A stretch of 62,166 bases of DNA, taken from Coniocarpon cinnabarinum (taxonomy: Eukaryota). Below are positions 60,745 through 62,166 of the stretch, piece after piece. The stretch lies in the NCBI GenBank assembly GCA_051942205.1, contig JAVECO010000053.1, forward strand, positions 62,001 to 124,166, written 5' to 3'. Every line of letters begins with the position of its first letter. The first letter of the stretch is position 1. The notes under the pieces are model-generated. The model saw nothing but the letters and a program-made list of their open reading frames with translations. It had not been told where the DNA came from and made no database searches. Position numbers and translations under genes: made by a program.

Positions 60745-61247
60745 CTACTATACTCTACTCAACTTTGCTTTGCAGTACTCTACTCTGCAGTACTCTACTC
60801 TGCAGTACTCGACTTTGCAGTACTTTACTCGACTTTGCAGTACTCTACTCGACTTTGCAGTACTCTACTCTGCAGTACTCTATTCTGCAGTACTCTACTC
60901 TGTAGTGCCCTACTTTGTAGTGCCCTATTTTGCAGTACTCGACTTTACAGTACTCTACTCTGTAGTACTCTACTTTGCAGTACTCTACTTTGTAGTACTC
61001 TTTATAGTACTCTTTATAGTACTCTACTCTATAGTACTCTACTTTATAGTACTCTACTTTATAGTACTCTACTTTGTAGTACTCTACTTTGTAGTCGTCT
61101 ACTCTGCAGTGCTCGACTTTGCAGTGCTCGACTTTGCAGTACTCTACTCTGTAGTACTCTACTGGCAGTACTCTACTCTGCAGTACTCTACTTTATAGTA
61201 CTCTACTTTGCAGTACTCGACTTAGCGGTACTCGACTTTGCTCTACT
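60745..61247. repeat. 15-bp minisatellite, consensus CAGTACTC(T/G)ACT(C/T)TG, ~30+ copies
   Basis: Directly visible tandem array with a 5-bp sub-periodicity, between convergent genes. Confidence 0.97.
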
Positions 61248-61730
61248 TGGGCACTCATAACCGCTCGCAGCCTGAAGCAGGTCGCTAGAACACGGATTCC
61301 CTTTGATGCAGCAAAATGCCTAGCTCATACCAACGAATGGATGCATTAAGCTGCTTATGTGCCTTTTACATGACAGCGTCGTGACAATCACGAAGGAAGC
61401 GAGCTCTGGGAAGAAAATCGTCAAAAGCGAACGAATAGATCGTCATAGAAGGAATGATAAACAATCATGTCTCATGCCTTTATGTACGTACGTACGTACG
61501 GAATCTAGCGCCCACCACTCGATACCGATACCGATCCCGAGACCGATACCGAAGCCATATCCCATCCATGCCAGAGGCCCTCTGAAATGCCTTCTTTACA
61601 AATCCATCCGTCCAGCCGTCCATGCCTCATTAATATGTAATATGCAATGTTTTGTTCAACTCCATGCAGTTTTCAACCTCCAAATTCTCCTGATCTCCAC
61701 GCGTCCCCCGTCTAGATTCTGGTATAAATC

Positions 61731-62165
61731 TCACACCGCGCCCCAGTTCCACACAAAGCCCATCAGACTGCCCACTGTGACGGCTGCCGTGCCGAAAACC
61801 ACCCACAGGATCTCGCGATCGAGTCGGGAGTTCGCGGCGTTGCACGTTGCGCACTGGAAGGGCGTCGCGAGGCTCGTTGCAGGCTGGCCTGTATACATCC
61901 CGAAACGGAATTGGTTGAACGCAGCGAGGTATCCACCACTTGCGGTAGCACTCACGCCGTCGCTCTGACCAGCATCGTAGATCATGAGTGTGTACGTGCC
62001 CACAGGGAGCGCGCTCGTTTCATTTGCGTATTTGCCCGTGTCCCACGTGAATGTCTCGGTCGGCGCAAAGGAGTAGTTCGTTGCGAGCGTGAAGGGGCTG
62101 GGGGCCGCTTGACCCACGCTTCCAGATACGGTGGCCAGGATGTCAATAGCTGAGGGGGGGCAGGA
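61731..62165 (-). CDS. 3' part of a conserved fungal single-pass membrane protein (5' end outside window)
   Basis: Frame open to the window edge: P.AIDILA..TFTWDT..LPVGTYTLMIYD..G.L....FGMY..Q.....CATCN.A, then a C-terminal hydrophobic segment. Confidence 0.75.
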   Translation of the reverse strand, partial: SCPPSAIDILATVSGSVGQAAPSPFTLATNYSFAPTETFTWDTGKYANETSALPVGTYTLMIYDAGQSDGVSATASGGYLAAFNQFRFGMYTGQPATSLATPFQCATCNAANSRLDREILWVVFGTAAVTVGSLMGFVWNWGAV

Positions 62166-62166
62166 G

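Noticed and set aside
60658..61260. Cys/Leu/Tyr-repeat ORFs
   Set aside because: Artefacts of the 15-bp minisatellite.
61484..61551. (GTAC)4 and GATACC-type repeats
   Set aside because: Ordinary microsatellites in a convergent intergenic region.

Overview
Gene-dense nuclear DNA of a filamentous ascomycete (Pezizomycotina; short GT-AG introns with CTRAC branch sites). Conserved genes in order: curved-DNA-binding/EBP1 family (partial), double-PHD protein, CIA84, SRPK-like kinase, RSM18, PEP4, ATG26, Pth11-like membrane protein, RBR E3 ligase, Mis14/Nsl1, PhzF-like, kinesin-10-like, HAC1, rhodanese-PTP phosphatase, RPT6, VNX1, and a partial conserved membrane protein. The best candidate for an undescribed system is in the ~13 kb accessory block between the kinesin and HAC1 (34.4-47 kb). 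It holds a tandem array of five strongly diverged small orphan genes sharing a motif skeleton. Each has a predicted 5'-UTR intron, and four have an upstream non-coding block that is far better conserved than the proteins. Next to the array are an F-box gene with a stop-containing cassette exon and an orphan gene with a dead duplicate of its last exon. Also notable are a 17-nt IRE1-type intron in HAC1 and a 15-bp minisatellite with a RIP-like mutation gradient. All calls come from manual reading and recalled family motifs. No database search was run, so novelty is unverified and splice models are predictions.
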